Below, piece after piece: positions 58,141-64,000 of a stretch of 64,000 nt of DNA. The position numbers and the translations under genes are program-made. Each line of letters begins with the position of its first letter. Within the stretch, counting starts at the first letter, position 1. The DNA lies in contig MU053758.1 of the NCBI GenBank assembly GCA_013239625.1, positions 620,001 to 684,000 of the forward strand, written 5' to 3'. Origin of the DNA: Lama guanicoe (lineage: Eukaryota). The notes under the pieces were generated by a model that was not told the DNA's origin, searched no databases, and saw only the letters and a program-made list of their open reading frames with translations.

Positions 58141-58909
58141 GCCACAAAAAACAGTGTGTTTTGCTTTTTTGCTTTTTACTACTCTTCTTCCCTTCGTATC
58201 TCCTTTGAATCGAATTCTTTCTAGCCACAGAAGAGGTATTACAAGTAGGTAACTTCTGTTTAGAGATACTGACAGTCCCATCCCAGATCAACAGGGCAGT
58301 GACAAAGATAAGACTAAAAGACTATTTCACTATAATATTTCCACCTCCTATTTATCTCAATAATTGCCCCAGTCTGATGCTTTGTTTTGGCCCTTGCAGA
58401 CCTGGCCATGCAGGTTCTAAGAAATGCATCATCTCTCTGTAGGTAGTTGGGACAAGCAGACTCAAGCTCATTTCTTCTAGGCTGCATGCTGTTGGATAAC
58501 CCCATGAGCTTGTAGCGCTATACAAATGTTAACTGAATATTAATATTCCTAAGGGTGTGAGAAAACGGTCATTTTTATTAGGGAAATGGAGAAGCATTTT
58601 CTGAAGGCATCTGAAAGGGAAGCAGATGTTTCTCATCTGGGACAACGTCAGTGCCTAGAAGCAGGTTGAGATGACCTCAGATGGGTCTTCGAACACTAGG
58701 ATAAGGCCCAAGGCCACGACTGGGGAGGATATGAGGTCTCTAACCTCAAACATATCTGTTCCAACAGTTTTAAGACTCCATGGAAATCTGGCAGGAGATT
58801 GTTACAATGTGCAGGATATGATCTAGTGGGATCAAGGAACTTCTGATTTTTATCTCAGTGTTTTACATCCAGGGTAGACGTTTTTGACTGAAGGAAACAG
58901 GAGAATTCC

Positions 58910-58911
<2 letters not shown>

Positions 58912-58947
<36 letters not shown>

Positions 58948-58999
58948 CTCTTTTTTTTTGTTTTTTGGTTTTTTTTTCTTTTTTTTTTTTTTTTTTTTT
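58912..58999. repeat. About 88-nt interrupted poly(T) tract
   Basis: Read directly. Confidence 0.95.
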
Positions 59000-59224
59000 G
59001 CTGACCCAGCTGCTAAGTTTGGATGGATTGGTGTTATTCTCTAACGATTTTGCCTAAGAAAGCAAAGACGCATCATAAATTTCTTCTGTCGCCCACACGG
59101 TTGCTGTCCAGCACAGCGCTAATCACTTAGTAGGCTCCTCTGAATTCTAAACGAGGTTTGGATGTTTACTTAGCTGGCGATGCTCATCAGTATCATCAGC
59201 CTTCCCATTTGACTAGCAAACAGT

Positions 59225-59388
59225 CCAGAGCTTCCTACGCAAAGTGTAATCCATGCACCAGCCTCAACAGCATCACCTAAGAGCCTGTTTGAAGTGCAGA
59301 ATCTCAGACACACCCAGTGCTATGTAGAGCCTGCAACGTAACAAGATCCCCAGGTGAGTCATAAGCACATTCAAATTTGAGAAGCAGT
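59225..59388. mobile_element. MER5A-like DNA transposon relic
   Basis: cagcatcacctaagagcctgtttgaagtgcagaatctcag...aacaagatccccaggtga...gcacattcaaatttgagaagcagt. Confidence 0.8.
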
Positions 59389-59419
59389 ACATTTCCTCAT
59401 CAGATCTTCTGCCTATGAG

Positions 59420-59575
59420 ACAGGCAGGGCAAGTATTATTATTATTTCCACTTCGTATCAGTGGAAACTGAGACTCAGAAGTCAGGTGAGTTTCCCATGC
59501 TCGCACAACTAAATGCAGCAGCTGAAATTTGAACCCAGGTCTTTTGATTCCACATCCCAAGCTCTGTCTACTACG
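59420..59575. mobile_element. MIR
   Basis: tattattattatttccac...ggaaactgagactcaga...atttgaacccaggtct. Confidence 0.75.
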
Positions 59576-62149
59576 CCAGGATTCAGAAGAAGGAGAGACC
59601 AGCCGCTGGTTTAACGCAAATGAATTATCCTGGGACCTGACCCCTGTGTGCTTCTGATTGTTTTTCCCACGTGTAAGATGCTCTTTGAAAGTAGTGGTGC
59701 TATGACATTGAGCTCAGTCCTCCCTTCAGTCCTTTTTTTCCACTCGCAGCCACCTAACAGCATTTCCAACCCGGGCCAACTGCTTCACAAGTGCAGGCTG
59801 TTAGCAATAATTGCCAGCACCTGTCACAGTGCCTGGCATTTAGTAGGCACTCAACAAATGCTTGTTGAGCCAAATAAAATTACCCAGCATTAGCGCAAGC
59901 TCTTAGCTGCTGATTGCCGAGGTGCACTGGTGAAGCGATGTTCTGGGTCTCTGTGACTGCTCTCTGTAGTCCTAGAGAAACATTCAAATCACACGCCCTC
60001 CTGACAGGAATTGGGGACACTATCTTCTTAACCTGAAGGGCAGATTTTAAAAACAAGTTCCATCATTCACGTCTATCTGTCCCCTGAGGAGGACCCAAGC
60101 CGAGAGCTGTGAATGCCCAGAGTGGATGAGCGGGGAATTTAGGGACTCACACTGGGAAACAGGCTCTGCTGCATTTTCTTTGAGTGGAAGCTTGGAGAGT
60201 GTGGGAAAAGTCAAGAGCCTTGGCTGAGCCAAGTTTGAAGCCAGGGGTCAGGAGAAAGAGATTACTGGGTGACAGTAACTGGGATCTGCTTGTAAACATT
60301 GGCCAGTCTTTGAGGCTTTGGCTGAGATCGCTGACAATGGGAAAAACCTAAAGTTAACCACACCGGGGATTTCAGTGCATATAAATTGACTCAGGGCTGA
60401 GTATGAAATGCCTAGTTTTCTTTGATGGCTCCCCCAGGAGAGTAGACATGAAGCAAAGCTCTGAGGAGGGCTGAATTATTATACTGTGAGAAGTTTTCTG
60501 AAGACCAGGGCTATGAAGATGGATCCCAGCAGTAAAACTGACAGCTATTCCACTGCTCCTTGCATTTCGCACCTCACACCAAAACATAAAGGAAGGGAAT
60601 ATACTGTCTTTTCTAAGAAAGCTGTCAATCCTCATCCTCTCTGAGCAGGGCATGTATCTGGGGGGTTCCTCTGCCCAGATATGGCTGGTAGAAATGCCCC
60701 ATCTGTGTGTTCTCACCCAGCCTTCTCAGTTTCTGGTAAAATCTGTGCACACATAAGACAGACAAACCTATAACTTTGCCATCCTTTGCCCACATCAGGT
60801 CCTCAGCTACAGAGCACGTGAGCCCCAGATGCAACAAGATGCAATATAGCCTTTGATCATATGAAGATTAAAGAGGCTTAGTTCATCTTCATCCAACTTC
60901 CTTAGGAGGCAGCACCATGACTATTTTGCTTCCACATAACAATCTGGGGAGGAGGAGATTCAGCTCTTCTGGTGTTGGGGGGGAGGGGGAAGGAAGCTCC
61001 CTCTTTGCCCCTACCCTGCTCAGTTTGTTATGGCCAGGAAATCTCCAGCCTTGGGATTTTTCTAAGAGCTGGATCAGAAAGACAGTAGCAGCTTCAGGGT
61101 ATATCTGTTTCTAGCTTCAAGGGGTTGCTTTCCAAGATGTGTAACCCCATCCCTACATCCTTTGATTTAGTTGATTTGTCTCATGGCATTATTGGGGGGT
61201 AGGTAGCTCTCTTTCCCTCCCTGCTACTCTCCCCACCGAAATCTTCTACTCTAAGCTATTTGTGGGTCGATTCATTCATCCAACAAGAACGGATGTGAGA
61301 TAATCAACCACCTCCTCTTTGCCACCCCCAGAGTCCCCTACTCAGACTTCTGTCACGGTACTTAAAGCATTTCATTGCATTTATTTGATATATTTTCCTG
61401 TATCTCCCCTTCTTGAGGAAAGGGGTTGTATTTGTCTTTATTCTAAGCATCTAACCGGGGTGTCTGGCACATAGGAAATATTCAGTATACTTACTTAAAT
61501 TGAACGAACGAGGAAGGTAGAAAGGATAAAGACGAATCAGTTGGAGAGATCCAAAACTCAGAAAGAAAAACAACAGATCAAACTGCTTCTCAGTAGCCTG
61601 GGCCTGGGGTAAACTTCCAAAATGGTGCTGGGATTGGAGATTCGCTCTTGTCAACTTTGACATTGCTACAGTCTCGGTGTGGTTGCTGTGCTGTTGATAG
61701 TGTCACAAAGCTATTTATCAGGGCTGAGGACGGCTTTTAATATATCATCATTCTGAGTGCCACAAAGGACATTTATCAGTGATCGAACATTGCTTAGAGA
61801 CTGTTGTAACAATACCTTGTTAATTGATTTGGAAAGTTATCGATACACATATCAGTGTTCATTTTTTGTTGTGCATTCTTGAACAGAACCACAAAATGTC
61901 AAAGGTGAAAAGATTGTAGAAGGAAGTTCACCCATTTCTTTTTACAAATGAGGGATGGAAGCTCAGAGACTGAGCAAGAACATATCACCAGCTAATGGAA
62001 CAGCTAGGATTAGAACCAGAGCCTTCCAATTCACCATAAAATGTTTTGAAACTATGGAGAAGATGATAGTGTTTGTGCAAGAGTTACTTCTCTCTTATTC
62101 AGGGGACCTGAGCATTTCCTCCTGCTTTCTCTCTCTCTCTCTCTCATTA

Positions 62150-62390
62150 CTAACAGTTATTGAGCACTGACTATGTTCCAAGCTCTTTGGTATGCACCCC
62201 CCCACCTTAATCGTCACTATAACCCTATGAGGTAAGCCTAATAAAATCATCATCACAGTAATTGTTCTTCCCTTTTTATAGAATAAACTCAGGAAGTTAA
62301 ACTTGCCCAAGACGATACAGTTAGTAAGTGGCAGAGTTGGAATTTAAGCTCATTATGTCCCACAGCAGAATCCATGCTCTGAATCATTAT
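62150..62390. mobile_element. MIR
   Basis: ttattgagcactgactatgttccaag...aaccctatgaggta...acttgcccaagacgatacagttagtaagtggcagag. Confidence 0.75.
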
Positions 62391-62489
62391 TTTTATAGCT
62401 TTACTCAGATTTAAGCAATATCCCACTATGAAGGACTGAGTGCCCTTGCATGAAAAAAGGAATCAGTCCCATCAAGTAAGTACCAGTCT

Positions 62490-62670
62490 CCGTTTTATTT
62501 TGTACACTTCTCTACTATAGGGGCTTGTAATGGTTTGTTTTTATGTCCATCTCTTCCATTATAGTAGAAGGCAAAGGGGTTGTATGTCTTTCATCTTTTA
62601 ATTTCCAAGACCTGGTACAGTGCCTGGCACAGAGAAGGTGCCTAATAAATGCTGAATCAGTGAGTAGATA
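62490..62670. mobile_element. LINE-2 3'-end relic
   Basis: gacctggtacagtgcctggcacagagaaggtgcctaataaatgctgaatcagtgagt. Confidence 0.7.
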
Positions 62671-63779
62671 AACACAACGCTGATAGAGCTCACAAGGCTA
62701 CACACCACCAGCATAACCACTCAGAGTCCCTGAGCTGGGGACTTGGTCCACTACATCTGTTCTTTCTGCTTGGTTTCCTTGTGGGAGAAAGAGCAGCCTC
62801 TTTCATGCCCTACAGAACAGAAATGTCAGTAAATAATCTTCCAATCTCTGCAGTGTGGTGTCTGGTCGATTACTCCTTCACTGGGTGCATTCTGGCAGTC
62901 CAGTAGGGCACTGGCAGTGAGGATGGGCTCTACCAACCCAGGCGCTGTGGCGCCTGGCATATCAGTAGGTACAACGTCCCACATGAGAAGCTGCCTTTGT
63001 TCTGTGATTTAATGCAGATCGTTCATTAGGGGAGGGCCATGCAGGTGGAAGGGGGCAGTGGTTGTCCAGCATCCCTCCTCGTTACTTTGGTGTCTGGAGC
63101 CAGGAATCCCTTCCTCTTCCTGGTGGCTTGACTGGACCTCCCTAACCCATGAATGACCTAGGCTTGGCAGCATGGGTCTCATAAGAAGATTACTGAGGCT
63201 TGTTGCCTATTGAAGGTTAACCTGCCGTTTTTACACAAAGCCAATTTCCCCCAATCTATGTTCCCAAACTGGGAGAAGGGTTCATGCCACCAGCCCTGAT
63301 GTCTGCAGATCCTGCAGTGTCTGCTTTGACTTGAAATCTCTGGTCCAGACCATATTCACTTCCCTGTTGGGTTTCTCAGCTGGGTGTGCTGTTCGCATGC
63401 TTCTAGTCAAAGTTCCAGAGTCCCAGTGTTTGACTCCCCACAGCCACTCCCTCTTCCTGTGGAGGGAACTGACCCGACCTGGCCAGGCAGGGTGGCCCGC
63501 CATCCAGGTCTTTGCCCTTCCTAACGGCCGGGGAGTTCCAAGTTCCCACTGGGAGATGGCCTGCTCTCTTCAACCCCTCTCCAAGAATGTGCTCTCCCAT
63601 GGGAAAGGACACGGAGCCTTCCGCCCTGAGCTCCCAAGAGAGGTGCAGACAGTCACAGGAACGGGAAGAAAAGTCCCCTGCACTATAAATACTTCTCAAA
63701 TGTCTCCTGTAAATCTCCAGACGTGTCAGCGAGGCACAGGGAAGAGAGCTTGAATTAGAGCCGATTAGAGACCATATTC

Positions 63780-64000
63780 TCCCGGAGGAGGGCAAGCCTG
63801 CCCATCAAGCGAGCCCCACAAGGCCGCGGGGACCACCTCAGGAGGCAGCGTCTCTCCAGACAGCTTTCCTGGCAGCTGCCCCGTGCCGCCGGCTTTGGGG
63901 AGGACAGACACTATTTCCCCTTTGCTCTTCTGCCCTTTGTGGCCAGAGAGGCCGGGTCGTCCCGGGTGTGCCCTCTTCCCCGTGAGCGAGGGTGGGGGGA
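63780..64000. promoter_or_regulatory. Start of a CpG-rich island at the window edge
   Basis: Abrupt rise in CpG content (ggccgcggg, ccgtgccgccggc, gccgggtcgtcccggg). Confidence 0.5.

Overview
Mammalian genomic DNA covering the 3' (anterior) end of the HOXB cluster. HOXB3, HOXB2 and HOXB1 all lie on the + strand, followed by about 29 kb of gene-free, repeat-containing flank. A tRNA-derived SINE of the camelid type, and no recognisable Alu, B1, Bov-tA, PRE1 or Can-SINE, suggest a camelid (inference). HOXB3 has a candidate 88-nt non-coding exon (10836-10923), coding exon 1 (CDS 13940-14387) and a homeobox exon whose acceptor lies in an N gap (visible CDS 15258-16041). HOXB2 CDS is 21470-21848 + 22623-23296 (350 aa). 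HOXB1 CDS is 32516-33095 + 33524-33852 (302 aa). Motifs matching the classical hindbrain elements are readable at the expected positions: Hoxb3 Maf/kreisler r5 sites, a Hoxb3 DR5 RARE, Hoxb2 EGR2/Krox20 and PBX-HOX/MEIS sites, the Hoxb1 autoregulatory element, and the Hoxb1 5' DR2, 3' DR2 and 3' DR5 RAREs. The most interesting unexplained signals are: a tandem splice donor in HOXB2 whose +4 alternative enters a reading frame open across all of exon 2; uORFs at HOXB3 and HOXB1; an AT-rich tandem array of inverted TTTAT/ATAAA pairs between HOXB2 and HOXB1; duplicated transcription-factor modules; and candidate distal enhancers and a CTCF site 3' of HOXB1. I found no convincing wholly new gene system. 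Repeat family names, repeat boundaries and cross-species comparisons are by eye or from memory, not from searches.
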